The position numbers and the translations under genes are program-made. From Candidatus Omnitrophota bacterium (GTDB lineage: Bacteria > Omnitrophota > Gorgyraeia > 2-01-FULL-45-10), in the NCBI GenBank assembly GCA_028699255.1, contig JAQVUX010000005.1, positions 35,944-99,943 of the forward strand: a stretch of DNA of 64,000 nucleotides, written 5' to 3'. The notes under the pieces were generated by a model that saw only the letters and a list, made by a program, of their open reading frames with translations, did not search any database and was not told where the DNA came from. Numbering within the stretch: the stretch's first letter is position 1; every line of letters begins with the position of its first letter. This document shows positions 27,853 to 38,692 of the stretch, one piece after another.

Positions 27853-30584
27853 TTCTTATATTTCTTGCCGCTACCGCATGGGCACGGATCGTTCCTGCCG
27901 ACCTTGGGTTCTTCCCTCTCATATTGCTGGACATGCTCTTCAGGGAGCTGTCCTTTGTATGAAGCGGTGGAGCTCTCCGCTCCCGCGGCCGGAACATCCT
28001 GGAACTGGCTCTTCTCTTCATGTAAAAGCTGTTGGCGGGCAGGATTAAAGACGGGCGGCTCCCTCTCTTCCTTTACGGCCTTTATCTTGAATAGATATTC
28101 CAAAGTCTCTTCTTTAATACGGTCGATCATATCCATAAACATCGCATACCCTTCGTGCTGGTATTCGACGAGCGGATCACGCTGGCCGTATGCGCGTAAA
28201 CCTATCCCCTCTTTGAGGCTGTCCATGGCATACAGGTGGTCTTTCCATTTCGAGTCGACAACCTGTAACAGTATCATCTTCTCCATATATCTTGCCATAC
28301 CTTCGCCCATCGATTTTTCTTTTTCCTCATAAGCCTTCTTCATGGCATCGAAGAATATATCCCTGATCTGAGGCTTACGCATCTCTTCGAGTTTCACATC
28401 ATCCGTTCGTATCATAAACTTCGACTCGAAATACTGACGCAAGCCGTCAAAATCCCATTGGTCCGCGCTCGCTTTATCGTTAATATATGTATCAAGCGCG
28501 TAATCAAGCACCTCTTCCGTTATTTCATAAATATAATCCTTAAGGTTCGCGCCCTGCAATATTTTACGGCGCTCGTCGTATATGACCTCGCGCTGTCTAT
28601 TCATGACATTATCATATTCGAGAAGATGTTTGCGCACTTCGAAATTATGCTGTTCCACACGCTTCTGCGCAGTCTCAATCGCTTTGGTAATAAAAGGATG
28701 CTGTATATCCTGCCCTTCTTCCATACCCAGATGATCCATAACCGTCTTTATCCGGTCTGAACCGAATATTCTCATAAGATCGTCTTCAAGGGAGAGATAG
28801 AACCTGCTCGACCCCGGATCGCCCTGGCGGCCGCTTCTACCGCGCAACTGATTGTCTATCCGCCTGGCCTCGTGCCGTTCCGTACCGAGGACATGCAATC
28901 CGCCCTTTTCGGCGACACCCTCGCCCAGCACTATATCCGTTCCGCGGCCCGCCATGTTTGTCGCGATAGTAATGGCGTATGGCGCTCCCGCCTTCGCGAT
29001 TATCTGGGCTTCCTCTGCGTGATATTTGGCGTTCAGCACATGATGCGGTATGGTCATTCTCTTCAGTAAATTGCTTAAATGCTCCGACTTTTCTATAGAG
29101 ATCGTTCCGACCAGCACAGGCCTTCCGCTTTTGTAAAGCTCCGCGATCTCCCGGCACACCGCATTAAACTTTTCCCGCTCGCTCTTATATATTACGTCAG
29201 GATAGTTGGCCCGCTTCATCGGCTTGTTCGTCGGTATCACGACGACATCGAGAGAGTATATCTTGCCGAATTCCACCGCCTCGGTCTCGGCCGTTCCCGT
29301 CATACCCGCGAGTTTTTTGTACATACGAAAATAGTTCTGGAAAGTTATGGTGGCGAGTGTCTGGTTCTCCCGCTCTATCTTCACGCCTTCCTTCGCCTCG
29401 ACCGCCTGGTGCAACCCGTCCGACCAGCGCCTGCCCGGCATAAGACGGCCGGTGAACTCATCGACTATCAGCACCTCTCCGTCCTTCACGACGTAATCAA
29501 CGTCTTTCTGATACAGCTGGTGCGCGCGTATCGCCTGGTTTATATGGTGCGCCCATTCGGATTGTATATCATCATAGAGATTGTCGACACCTATAAGCTC
29601 CTGGCAACGCTTAACACCTTCCTCGGTAAGATTCACGGTATGGTTCTTCTCATTCACCATGTAGTCAATACCTTTTTCGATATCAAAACCTTTATATTTC
29701 GCGTCAATCTCGTCCTTGTCCGTTATCTTTTTCCCTTTAAGTTTCGGTATTATCTTGTTAATAATGTAATATTTGTCGGTAGATTCTTCGGCGGGGCCGG
29801 AAATAATAAGCGGCGTCCTCGATTCGTCGATAAGTATGGAATCGACTTCGTCCACTATAGCGTAGTTGAGCGGCCTCTGCACCATATCCTCGGCGTTAAC
29901 CACCATGTTGTCGCGCAGATAATCGAAACCGAATTCATTATTTGTGCCGTATGTGATATCACAGGCATAAGCCGCTTTTCTCAATCTCTGATCCATGTCG
30001 TGCTGGATGGCCCCTATCGTAAGGCCCAGGAATTCATATACCGGCCCCATCCATTGCCTGTCCCTGTTGGCGAGATAATCGTTAACGGTAACTACGTGAA
30101 CGCCTTCGCCTGTAAGCGCGTTAAGATATACGGGCAGTGTCGCGACAAGCGTCTTGCCCTCTCCCGTCGCCATCTCCGATATCTTACCCTGATGCAGGAC
30201 AAGCCCGCCCAGGATCTGAGTATCAAAATGGCGCAGGCCGATCGTCCGCTTTGCGGCTTCCCTGACTACCGCAAACGCCTCGGGCAGGATGCCCTCGAAT
30301 ATCTTATTCTTCACATCGCGGGCTTTATGTTTTATTTTCTCTTTCTCCGCAGGAGACGTCGATTCTTTAAACGCTTTATCGAGGCTGTCCAGCTCTTCCT
30401 GATGCGTCTTGCGCGCTTCCGCTATCTTAAGCCTGAACTCATCCGTCTTCGCCTTCAGCTCCTGGTCGGACAGTTTGGATATCTGCGGCTCGAGAGAGTT
30501 TATCGCTTCAACGATCTCCCTCAAAGGATTGAGCGCGCGCTCATTCTGTGTTCCAATTATTTTTTTCAGTATGAAATTTATCAT
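27837..30584 (-). CDS. secA: preprotein translocase ATPase SecA
   Basis: 915 aa with a DEAD-like motor ([25 protein letters not shown]) and a C-terminal zinc finger ([14 protein letters not shown]). Confidence 0.95.
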   Translation of the reverse strand: MINFILKKIIGTQNERALNPLREIVEAINSLEPQISKLSDQELKAKTDEFRLKIAEARKTHQEELDSLDKAFKESTSPAEKEKIKHKARDVKNKIFEGILPEAFAVVREAAKRTIGLRHFDTQILGGLVLHQGKISEMATGEGKTLVATLPVYLNALTGEGVHVVTVNDYLANRDRQWMGPVYEFLGLTIGAIQHDMDQRLRKAAYACDITYGTNNEFGFDYLRDNMVVNAEDMVQRPLNYAIVDEVDSILIDESRTPLIISGPAEESTDKYYIINKIIPKLKGKKITDKDEIDAKYKGFDIEKGIDYMVNEKNHTVNLTEEGVKRCQELIGVDNLYDDIQSEWAHHINQAIRAHQLYQKDVDYVVKDGEVLIVDEFTGRLMPGRRWSDGLHQAVEAKEGVKIERENQTLATITFQNYFRMYKKLAGMTGTAETEAVEFGKIYSLDVVVIPTNKPMKRANYPDVIYKSEREKFNAVCREIAELYKSGRPVLVGTISIEKSEHLSNLLKRMTIPHHVLNAKYHAEEAQIIAKAGAPYAITIATNMAGRGTDIVLGEGVAEKGGLHVLGTERHEARRIDNQLRGRSGRQGDPGSSRFYLSLEDDLMRIFGSDRIKTVMDHLGMEEGQDIQHPFITKAIETAQKRVEQHNFEVRKHLLEYDNVMNRQREVIYDERRKILQGANLKDYIYEITEEVLDYALDTYINDKASADQWDFDGLRQYFESKFMIRTDDVKLEEMRKPQIRDIFFDAMKKAYEEKEKSMGEGMARYMEKMILLQVVDSKWKDHLYAMDSLKEGIGLRAYGQRDPLVEYQHEGYAMFMDMIDRIKEETLEYLFKIKAVKEEREPPVFNPARQQLLHEEKSQFQDVPAAGAESSTASYKGQLPEEHVQQYEREEPKVGRNDPCPCGSGKKYKKCCGK

Positions 30585-30586
30585 TT

Positions 30587-31685
30587 TTACCGGCCTTTAG
30601 CCCATTTTAAATACGCTTCGATAAAACCGTCTATTTCTCCGTCCAGCACCGCCTGAGCCTTCCCCGTCTCGTGGTCGGTCCTGTGATCTTTTACCATTGA
30701 ATACGGATGCAGTACATAAGATCGTATCTGACTGCCCCACGCGATCTCTTTCTTCGCGTCATAAGCGCTCTCGATCGCCTTCGCTTTCTTCATGCGCTCA
30801 ACTTCGTACAGTTTCGCTTTAAGAATTTTGAGCGCCACAGATTTATTTTTGAATTGCGAACGCTCGTTCTGGCATTGCACCACTATACCCGTAGGTATAT
30901 GCGTAATGCGCACGGCAGAGTCGGTTTTATTGACATGCTGTCCGCCTTTGCCGCCGGCGCGATACGTATCTATCTTGAGATCCGGTTCTTTTATGTCCAG
31001 CTGTATATCATCCGAAACCTCGGGGATAACATCTATGGACGCAAAAGAGGTATGCCGTCTTTTATTTGAATCGAACGGCGATATCCTCACCAGGCGATGG
31101 ACGCCGGTTTCGGACTTGAGAAAACCGTACGCGTATTCACCTTTTATGATAACGGTCGCATTCTTTATCCCGGCTTCTTCACCGGGAAGCTGGTCTATAA
31201 CCGTTATCTGATTCCCCCTGGATTCGGCCCACTTCACGTACATCCTCAAAAGCATCGCGGCCCAATCGCATGACTCCGTACCGCCCGCCCCGGCATTGAC
31301 GCTCAATATAGCGCTCGATCTGTCGGCTTCACCGCTCATGAGCGTTCGAAACTCCAAAAGATCCAGCCTTCGCCGAACATCAACGAGGTCATTCTTAAAA
31401 TGTTCCAAAGACGCGGCATCTTCCGGGCCGGCTATAAAAATGACGTCCTTTATACCATTAAATTCATCTTCAAGTTTTATAAACGGTTCAATGTCTGACT
31501 TTAGCTCTTTTAATTCCTTAAAAAGATCTTTAGAACGCGTTTCGTCGTTCCAAAAACCCTCCGCCGCGCTCTCCGCCTCAAGGGCCGCCATCTTCCCGCG
31601 CTTCTTATCGACGTCAAAGATAACCTCTGAGGTTTCTGAACTTCTCCTCGAGTACGGTTATCTCTTCTTTAAGCTCTAAAAGCAT
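30587..31685 (-). CDS. prfB: peptide chain release factor 2, requiring a programmed +1 ribosomal frameshift
   Basis: Frame 0 starts at 31685 ([23 protein letters not shown]) and ends at an in-frame TGA inside CTT TGA C (complement of 31613-31619). An SD-like AGAGGT lies 3 nt upstream. The +1 frame continues [22 protein letters not shown]... into the 334-aa track ORF, which carries the GGQ motif. Confidence 0.85.
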
Positions 31686-31728
31686 ATTTTCATCCTTTTA
31701 AGGATTATAACAACGGTTCATCTTACAG

Positions 31729-33003
31729 TCAATCCTTTCGGCGCGCTTTACCAATCTCGTCGAAAGAAGCCTTCAATTTTTTTGAGCGTAATTTTTTGTG
31801 ATATGATATCGCGAATCGGTGCGCCTCATCCCTTATTCTTTCCAAAAGATGCAATGCCTTGGATTCTCCTGGTAATACTATAGGGGATTTTTTACCGCGT
31901 ACATATATATGTTCGAACTCCTTGGCTATCCCTATAGCCGGTATATTCGCAAGACCAAGTTGCTCAAGCTCACCTGAAGCCGCCGCCAGATGCCCCCTGC
32001 CACCGTCTATCAATATCAAGTCAGGCATGCGTCCGTGTTCTTCGGAAAGCCGGGAATATCTTCTGCGCACGATCTCGCGCATCATCGCGTAATCATCTAT
32101 CCCGGAAACCCCGGCAATCTTAAAGCGCCTGTATTCGTTTTTATTCGGCTTTCCTTTATGAAAACATACCATCGAACCGACCGCTTCACTTCCCATAATA
32201 TTCGACACATCGAACGCCTCTATCACGTCGAGAGAGCGGCCTATCTCTAATATCTTCCTCAGCTCGTCGAGCTCGCCCAAAGGTTTGTAGCTTATATGAT
32301 CCTCTTTTATAGCACTTAAAGATTCGATCCTACCCCTCAATTCCGCCGCCTTCTCAAAGTCCTCTTTAACGGACGCCGCGGCCATCTTCTTGGCCAGCGA
32401 TTTCAGAAGCTCCGCGCGCCTGCCCTCGAGGAATAATTTTAATTCCGCCACGATCCCGGCATATTCCGCATCGCTGACATATCCGGCGCATGGCCCGAGA
32501 CACTGCTTTATGTGATAATCGAGGCATACGCTCTTTGGCATCTTCCCGCAAGTTCTAAGCGGAAAGATCTGCCGCAATATTATGACGGCCTGCTTTAAAA
32601 GTTTAGCGTTGGAATAAGGGCCGTAATAGACAGCGCCGTCGTCCGATCTTTTTCTGGTTATGAACAGGCGAGGAAATGTCTCATTTGCGGTGAGCTTAAG
32701 CATCGGGTAGCTCTTGTCGTCCCGCAAAGCCACATTATATTTAGGATCCAGGCGCTTTATCAGGCTATTCTCGTATATCAGCGCCTCCGCTTCGGTAGAA
32801 GCCGGCAGGTACTCTATGTCCTTTACACTACGAACGAGGCGCTCCAACCGCTCGTTGAGTTTTTTGCCGAGCTGGAAATAACTCGACACCCTCTTCTTCA
32901 GGTTGCAGGCCTTGCCCACATACAGCACCTGCCCGTCATCGTCCTTCATTATATATACGCCCGGCGAACCCGGCAGGGCTCTTACTTTCGCTTTGAGATC
33001 CAT
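31729..33003 (-). CDS. uvrC: UvrC-family excinuclease subunit, compact form lacking the C-terminal (HhH)2 domain
   Basis: 424 aa with GIY-YIG (GVYIMKD...YVGKA), a UVR segment (FEKAAELRGRIESL) and an RNase H-like endonuclease domain (LILIDGGRGHL). Confidence 0.75.
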   Translation of the reverse strand: MDLKAKVRALPGSPGVYIMKDDDGQVLYVGKACNLKKRVSSYFQLGKKLNERLERLVRSVKDIEYLPASTEAEALIYENSLIKRLDPKYNVALRDDKSYPMLKLTANETFPRLFITRKRSDDGAVYYGPYSNAKLLKQAVIILRQIFPLRTCGKMPKSVCLDYHIKQCLGPCAGYVSDAEYAGIVAELKLFLEGRRAELLKSLAKKMAAASVKEDFEKAAELRGRIESLSAIKEDHISYKPLGELDELRKILEIGRSLDVIEAFDVSNIMGSEAVGSMVCFHKGKPNKNEYRRFKIAGVSGIDDYAMMREIVRRRYSRLSEEHGRMPDLILIDGGRGHLAAASGELEQLGLANIPAIGIAKEFEHIYVRGKKSPIVLPGESKALHLLERIRDEAHRFAISYHKKLRSKKLKASFDEIGKARRKD

Positions 33004-34514
33004 GTTATAAGGTCTTTCATCTCCCGGACTTCGAAGAGATAGCTTGCGGATAAAAATACGAATATGCCTGTGACTATCGCGAAGGCAAGTGAAACGAATG
33101 TGAAATTCGCCACACGGATCATCAGAAACATAAGAACGATACCCATAACCACCCCGGCGAGCGTAACCCTTACAAAAGAGTCGATCATCGCCCTGGTATC
33201 AAGCTGTCCTATGCGCCGGGCCAGCATAATATAAAGCGCGCAGAAATTGAAAACAGCCGATATCGAGGTGGCCAATGCGAGGCCGCCCAACTTCATCGGA
33301 AACATCAACGCCAGATTCAGTATAACGTTCAATACCAACGCCGCCAAGGCAGTCTTCACCGGCGTCATCGTGTCATGCATCGAATAGAAAGTGTTTACCA
33401 GTATCTTGACTCCGCCGCAGGCAACAAGCCCGATAGCGTAATAGAGAAGCGCTATAGAAGTTATCCCGGTGGAATAGGCCGTAAATGCGCCGCGTTCGAA
33501 CAGGACTTTTGTGATTGGCTCGCGCATCACGGCAAGCCCTATGCTCGAAGGTATCAGTATGAAAAACAATATATTAAGAGAAAACCGCAGAGTATCTTTG
33601 AGCTTGTCCTTTTCGTTCAACGCAACATGGCGTGACATCATAGGAAGCGCGGCCTGAGCCAGGGCAATGCCAAATATCGCCAGAGGCAACTGCCACACCC
33701 TGTTCGCGTAATACAGAGCGGCGACAGCGCCTTCACCGACTATGCCCGACAGCGACGCCAGTATAGTACTTACAAATACGTTGACCTGATAGACACACGC
33801 GCCCAGAGCGCGGGGAACGAGTAATATCCCTATCTTGTGCGCTTTCGGATGAGTAAAATCATTCGTCAGGCGCGCCTTCCACCCTGCGGCATACAGGGAC
33901 GGGAATTGTATGGCAAGCTGAAAAAACCCGCCTGCCAGAACGCCCGCCGCGAGGCCGAATATATTCTCCCCAAACCATACGGCGCACAATATCATCGATA
34001 AATTCATGATGCTCGGGCCAAAAGCCGGGGCGGCAAAATAGCCGAGAGAATTTAATACGCCCATGGCATACGCCCACAAGCCTACCAAAAACAGGAATGG
34101 AAAAAGGATCCTCGTAAGCTTTACGGTAATTTCGAATTTTTCGACATCGGCGGAAAATCCCGGCGCGATCAGACGAACTATAAGCGGCGAAAGAAGAACT
34201 CCCAGCACGGTCAATATCAAAAGGGCCCAGAACATTATATTAAGGATAACCTGGGCTAATTTAAAAAAATCCTGCTTTCCCTTCTTCGTAAGTTCATCGG
34301 TAAGGACGGGCACAAAGGCAGAGTTGGTGGCGCCCTCACCCACGAGGTCCCGTAATAGGTTGGGTATCCTGAAAGCGATAACGAATGCCTGAGCGAACAT
34401 CGCGGTCCCAAAAAACCCGGCTATGACAATATCGCGGATAAAACCAAGAACCCTGCTGGTCGCGGTCGCGAAACCTATTACGCCTGTCGATCTCAATAAA
34501 CTTTTTTTACTCAT
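32982..34514 (-). CDS. murJ: lipid II flippase MurJ
   Basis: 510 aa with 14 TM helices and the MurJ/MviN N-terminal signature (GFIRDIVIAGFFG). Confidence 0.85.
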   Translation of the reverse strand: MSKKSLLRSTGVIGFATATSRVLGFIRDIVIAGFFGTAMFAQAFVIAFRIPNLLRDLVGEGATNSAFVPVLTDELTKKGKQDFFKLAQVILNIMFWALLILTVLGVLLSPLIVRLIAPGFSADVEKFEITVKLTRILFPFLFLVGLWAYAMGVLNSLGYFAAPAFGPSIMNLSMILCAVWFGENIFGLAAGVLAGGFFQLAIQFPSLYAAGWKARLTNDFTHPKAHKIGILLVPRALGACVYQVNVFVSTILASLSGIVGEGAVAALYYANRVWQLPLAIFGIALAQAALPMMSRHVALNEKDKLKDTLRFSLNILFFILIPSSIGLAVMREPITKVLFERGAFTAYSTGITSIALLYYAIGLVACGGVKILVNTFYSMHDTMTPVKTALAALVLNVILNLALMFPMKLGGLALATSISAVFNFCALYIMLARRIGQLDTRAMIDSFVRVTLAGVVMGIVLMFLMIRVANFTFVSLAFAIVTGIFVFLSASYLFEVREMKDLITWISKRK

Positions 34515-34523
34515 ATAAAAATA

Positions 34524-34552
34524 TTGACCTCAAATTGCGGACGTGCTATAAT
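34524..34552 (+). promoter_or_regulatory. sigma-70 promoter of rpsT (TTGACC-N17-TATAAT)
   Basis: TTGACC at 34524-34529 and TATAAT at 34547-34552, with a 17-nt spacer. Confidence 0.7.
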
Positions 34553-34602
34553 TTTCCTTCGATTAACTACAATCAAATAACAGCAAATCGGAGGGTTTAA
34601 AA

Positions 34603-34878
34603 TTGCCAAGAGAACGGACTGCATACAAAGAACTCAGAAAAGCGAAAAAAAGGCACTTCAGGAATATCTCGACAAAATCAGACCTGAAAACACTGGCTAA
34701 AAATTTCGAACGGCTCGTTAAAGAGAAAAAGACCGCCGAAGCGAAGAAAGCTTTATCGACGCTGGTATCGAAATTAGACAAAGCCGTTTCAAAGGGTGTC
34801 ATCACCAAGAATACTGCGGCACGAAAAATATCCCGCCTTATGAAAAGGCTTTCATCTCAAGCCAACCCTTCAGTATAA
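34603..34878 (+). CDS. rpsT: 30S ribosomal protein S20 (TTG start)
   Basis: 91 aa (PRERTAYKELRKAKKRH...) with GGAGGG 7 nt before the TTG start. Confidence 0.9.
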   Translation: MPRERTAYKELRKAKKRHFRNISTKSDLKTLAKNFERLVKEKKTAEAKKALSTLVSKLDKAVSKGVITKNTAARKISRLMKRLSSQANPSV

Positions 34879-34879
34879 C

Positions 34880-35866
34880 TCAGGGGTGGTACCGAGCATT
34901 TGTTGAGGTACCAAGGCATAATTTAATAACCGCAAATTCCAGCGCAATCTCCGGATCATACCTGGATCTTTTGATATCCATGTCCGCATCCAAAAGCGCC
35001 TTCCTGCCTGTCTCTATCCGCGGCAGATCGAACGCTTTTACCTGGGCAAAAAATCTGTCATAATGATGCCTATTTATCTTGAGCTCGGAAGCTATACGGC
35101 TATCGGGCACCTTTTTCTCAAAAAGTATCCTGCCCTTGAAAAGCCTTTTTATCTGCCAGCATAGCAAACCAACTATCTCATAATGCTTCTTACCGCAAAG
35201 CACCAATTCCGCTATTATCGAAAGCGCCTTCGCGACATCGGCTATCTCAATCGCATCCGTAAGATCAAACACGGAAGAGGTAATATTGCCTCCCGATACC
35301 TCATCCACATCGCCACACTCTATGTTGGGACGGTCTCCTACAAAAGAGGCAAGTTTCTGCAATTCCTGAGATACCGACCCTATGTCATCTCCATAAAGCT
35401 CTTTGAGGGCCAGGGATGCTTCCGGGCTTATCTTCTTGCCGCCGCCCATCGATAACAATAACTCTGCTGTTCTTGCATGGAATTGCGGGCCGACCAATTC
35501 ACCAAACCTGCTAACCACGGCACAGCGCGAAAGCTCGGGATATTTCTTTATAACGGAATCGTCTTCGGCGTCCAGTACGATACAGGCGGATTTTGGCGGA
35601 TTTTTTAAATGGCTTACTATGCGCGCGCCGTCTTCTGCGGAAAGTTGAGCGAAATTCTTAATTACTATCAGACGTTTTGAGGCAAGGAGAGGCATTGTGG
35701 AAATATGATCAAGAATATCTCGGGGGTTTGCGTCGACGCCGTCAAATACCTTGCTATCAAGTTCCCGCGTCTTTGCGTCCAGGAATGCGGAGCTTATCTT
35801 TTTTATAGCCTGTTCTTTGGAATAAACGTCGGTGCCTATTAATAAAAAAACCGCCTGCGCCGCCAT
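34880..35866 (-). CDS. holA: DNA polymerase III delta subunit
   Basis: 328 aa with a delta-subunit AAA+-like fold (LLIGTDVYSKEQAI...). It converges on rpsT with a 1-nt gap. Confidence 0.7.
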   Translation of the reverse strand: MAAQAVFLLIGTDVYSKEQAIKKISSAFLDAKTRELDSKVFDGVDANPRDILDHISTMPLLASKRLIVIKNFAQLSAEDGARIVSHLKNPPKSACIVLDAEDDSVIKKYPELSRCAVVSRFGELVGPQFHARTAELLLSMGGGKKISPEASLALKELYGDDIGSVSQELQKLASFVGDRPNIECGDVDEVSGGNITSSVFDLTDAIEIADVAKALSIIAELVLCGKKHYEIVGLLCWQIKRLFKGRILFEKKVPDSRIASELKINRHHYDRFFAQVKAFDLPRIETGRKALLDADMDIKRSRYDPEIALEFAVIKLCLGTSTNARYHP

Positions 35867-36421
35867 TTACCATACCTCAACGGTTCTCTCCACTACCCTC
35901 CTGGCAAGGTCATCTATGGCCGCGGTCACAGCCGCCGTTTCGCTCTTAGCCTGGCTTCCGACCGAAAAGTATGTGGTCTCACCGGCAAACCCGCTCTCCG
36001 TCCACATAACAGCGCCCGTCTTCCGGTTCGTCATCTCCAGGTTGACTATCAATTTTATTCTATATTCTTCGACATTATCGTTTGCGTCATACCTCAAAGG
36101 TTCCCGCCTAAAGTCCACGAGTTCGCCTTTAAGTATTAAGTCGGCGGAAGACTCGCTGGCTATCTTAAGGGTTCCGTCCAGAAGGAACTTATTTATAACG
36201 GTAGTGGTAATATCTATTTCCATGCCGGGCCTGTACCCTCGGTACATTCGTATATTGCTCTGTTCCGCCGCGACATTAACGGAATTTTTGAAATTATCGA
36301 CCCTTATGGTTTTTATATCGGACGGTAGAAGCGAACGCGTAGTGTAGCCGCAACCTCCTAATATAACAGCAAGCAACAGAACCGGCAATAACAGATAATT
36401 TAGAACCGATCTATTTACCAT
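35867..36421 (-). CDS. lptE: LptE-like LPS-assembly lipoprotein
   Basis: 184 aa with a lipobox LGGCGYT, located next to holA (conserved leuS-lptE-holA neighbourhood). Confidence 0.65.
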   Translation of the reverse strand: MVNRSVLNYLLLPVLLLAVILGGCGYTTRSLLPSDIKTIRVDNFKNSVNVAAEQSNIRMYRGYRPGMEIDITTTVINKFLLDGTLKIASESSADLILKGELVDFRREPLRYDANDNVEEYRIKLIVNLEMTNRKTGAVMWTESGFAGETTYFSVGSQAKSETAAVTAAIDDLARRVVERTVEVW

Positions 36422-36432
36422 AACTATGCTCC

Positions 36433-38676
36433 TTAAAAATATTCCGATCGCTCTATCTCGTCTTCAGGATTATCGTCTTTAGCGACAGTTTCATCCTGTA
36501 CGGGCGGCGTGGCAGGCTTTACGTCATCTTCATTGGTAGTGAGCCGTATCTGGCTCGGCTCTTCGCCTGAACCTTGAGCAGGAATAACGATCTCTTCTTT
36601 GGTTTTTTTGATTTCCGGAGTTTCAGCCGCAACTTCAGTGGCGCCGGTTGTGGTATCTGCCACAACAACGGCTTCCTTCTCAGCAGGTTGAGCTTCAGGC
36701 GTAATCTGAGGCGCGGAGGCAGTTGAAGCTTCCGGGGTAACCGGAGTTTCGGAAACAGCCGGAGCTTCAGAAACGATCGGAGTTTCGGAAATTACCGGGG
36801 CCTCTTCCTTAATCAGCTCTTGCGTCTTCGCTTTTTTGGTAAAAGGATTCCATAATTTCATTCCAGAGCTTTTTGATTTTTTTGATTCTTCGGTAGAAAC
36901 AGCTTCCGCCTTAGCTTTCTTGGCAAACGGATTCCACATCTTCACAGGTTGCGATTTCGGTTTTTCCTGTTCCTGGGTAACTACCGGCTCGCCCGTCTTC
37001 TTAGGCTTATCGAAGCTGAAAGGTGCCCACGCCTTCTTGGCAGGCTTCGCGCCTTCCACATTCGCGCTTTCCGTTTCGGTGGAAACAGTTTCCACCCTGG
37101 CTTTCTTGGCAAAGGGATTCCACATCTTCACGGGTTGCGATTTCGGCTTCGGCTCTTTATATGCGGCCACCGACTCTTCCTGAGAAATTGGCGCCGCCTC
37201 TACCTTCTCGGACTTGTCAAAACTTAAAGGAGTCCATGGTTTTTTGGTTGGCTTCGCGCTTTCCGCTTCGGTAGAAACAGTTTCCGCCTTAGCTTTCTTG
37301 ACAAACGGGTTCCACATCTTCACAGGTTGCGATTTCGGTTTTTCCTGTTCCTGGGTAACTACCGGCTCGCCCGTCTTCTTAGGCTTATCGAAGCTGAAAG
37401 GTGCCCACGCCTTCTTGGCAGGGTTCGCGCCTTCCACATTCGCGCTTTCCGTTTCGGTGGAAACAGTTTCCGCCTTGGCTTTCTTGGCAAAGGGATTCCA
37501 CATCTTCACGGGTTGCGATTTCGGCTTAGCATCTTCCGCCGCATCAGCAGTTTTCGCCTGCTTTTTAAAACTAAACGGCGCCCACGCTTTCTTCTTGGTC
37601 ACTTCTTCACCGGTGGAATCTTTTTTAGCCGATTTTTGTGACTTTACAAATTTTAAAGAGAACGGGCTGGTCTTCCTCTCAAGCCTCTCCGTTAAAGCGC
37701 TTATCTTCGAATTCGCCAGGTCCACATACGAACTTTCCGGATATGTACTGAGAATATCTTTGTAATATATTATCGCGGCCTGGTAACGCCCCTGCTTCTC
37801 GTAAAACTGCGCTGTAAGAAGCGATTTTTCCGAAGCCTTGTCCTTCAGGCGCTGTATTGTTTTGTCCGCTTCCTTAGATAAGGACCTGTCCCTATTCTCC
37901 CGGCTAAAATCTTCGAAAGCCCTGATAGCCTTTTGCGTCGGCTCAACGTCATAAGCCGGCTTAAGAGACGCTTTGTATGCGCAATCGGCCACCTCAAACT
38001 TCGCCTTATCCACAAACGTCGATGTGGGATAATCGTCAAGTATCTTCTGGAAAGCCTGTATCGCTTCGTCGTAACGCTCGGCCTTCTTCGTCGCAAGACC
38101 CATCCTGAACTGCGCCTCATCGGCAAGTCTGCCATACGGGGCGTTCTCCACTACCTTCTTATATATCTCGATAGCTCGGTCGAGCGAAGTCAATATATCG
38201 GCTCCAAGAACCTTGGGACTTTCTTTGACCATAAACATATTCGCTATATTAAACTCCCGGGCCACTATCTCGTCCAGGTTCTCGATGTGCGGGAAATTAT
38301 CTATGGCTTTCTGGTAATTCTGGTAGGCAATAAAAAACTTGTTCATGCTTTCATAACAGAGGCCCACATAATACTGGGACTTGGAGGCATATTCGGAATA
38401 TTCGTATTGTTTTGTGAGTTTTTCGAATTCGGTAGCGGCGCGCTGAAAATCCTTGGAGTTATAAAATGTCATCGCCCACTCGAACTGTTCTTTCGGAGTG
38501 TCTTTAACGGCATTCTTGGGATTTATGAATTTTTTAGTTCCGGGCGTCCAGACCCAGTAGGCCAGGGCCGTATTGGAAAAGAGAAATAATAAAGCTACTG
38601 CGGCTATCGCTATACTTCTGCAAAAAAATTCTTTTTTCATCCGCAAATTATACCACAGGCTGGAGTGTTTAGTCAA
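36433..38676 (-). CDS. BamD/YfiO-like TPR protein with a roughly 450-aa lysine-rich repetitive C-terminal extension
   Basis: The N-terminal 300 aa are TPR repeats. The C-terminus carries KPKSQPVKMWNPFAKKAKAETVSTE five times and KKAWAPFSFDKPKKTGEPVVTQEQE three or four times. Confidence 0.7.
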   Translation of the reverse strand: MTKHSSLWYNLRMKKEFFCRSIAIAAVALLFLFSNTALAYWVWTPGTKKFINPKNAVKDTPKEQFEWAMTFYNSKDFQRAATEFEKLTKQYEYSEYASKSQYYVGLCYESMNKFFIAYQNYQKAIDNFPHIENLDEIVAREFNIANMFMVKESPKVLGADILTSLDRAIEIYKKVVENAPYGRLADEAQFRMGLATKKAERYDEAIQAFQKILDDYPTSTFVDKAKFEVADCAYKASLKPAYDVEPTQKAIRAFEDFSRENRDRSLSKEADKTIQRLKDKASEKSLLTAQFYEKQGRYQAAIIYYKDILSTYPESSYVDLANSKISALTERLERKTSPFSLKFVKSQKSAKKDSTGEEVTKKKAWAPFSFKKQAKTADAAEDAKPKSQPVKMWNPFAKKAKAETVSTETESANVEGANPAKKAWAPFSFDKPKKTGEPVVTQEQEKPKSQPVKMWNPFVKKAKAETVSTEAESAKPTKKPWTPLSFDKSEKVEAAPISQEESVAAYKEPKPKSQPVKMWNPFAKKARVETVSTETESANVEGAKPAKKAWAPFSFDKPKKTGEPVVTQEQEKPKSQPVKMWNPFAKKAKAEAVSTEESKKSKSSGMKLWNPFTKKAKTQELIKEEAPVISETPIVSEAPAVSETPVTPEASTASAPQITPEAQPAEKEAVVVADTTTGATEVAAETPEIKKTKEEIVIPAQGSGEEPSQIRLTTNEDDVKPATPPVQDETVAKDDNPEDEIERSEYF
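36843..37560. repeat. intragenic tandem DNA repeats (about 378-bp period with about 186-bp sub-period) inside the TPR gene
   Basis: 36890-37150 and 37268-37528 are about 97% identical over about 260 bp. A 60-nt motif TTTCTTGGCAAASGGATTCCACATCTTCACRGGTTGCGATTTCGG occurs at least four times. Confidence 0.85.
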
Positions 38677-38692
38677 AAAATAATACTTAAAT

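Noticed and set aside
29079-30656. 525-aa plus-strand ORF antisense to secA
   Set aside because: Long open antisense frame of a highly conserved gene. The Arg/Leu-rich product has no domain features.
36949-37641. Two near-identical plus-strand ORFs (MRFRFFLFLGNYRL...) inside the TPR gene
   Set aside because: Antisense readings of the intragenic tandem repeat. Their identity simply reflects the DNA repeat.
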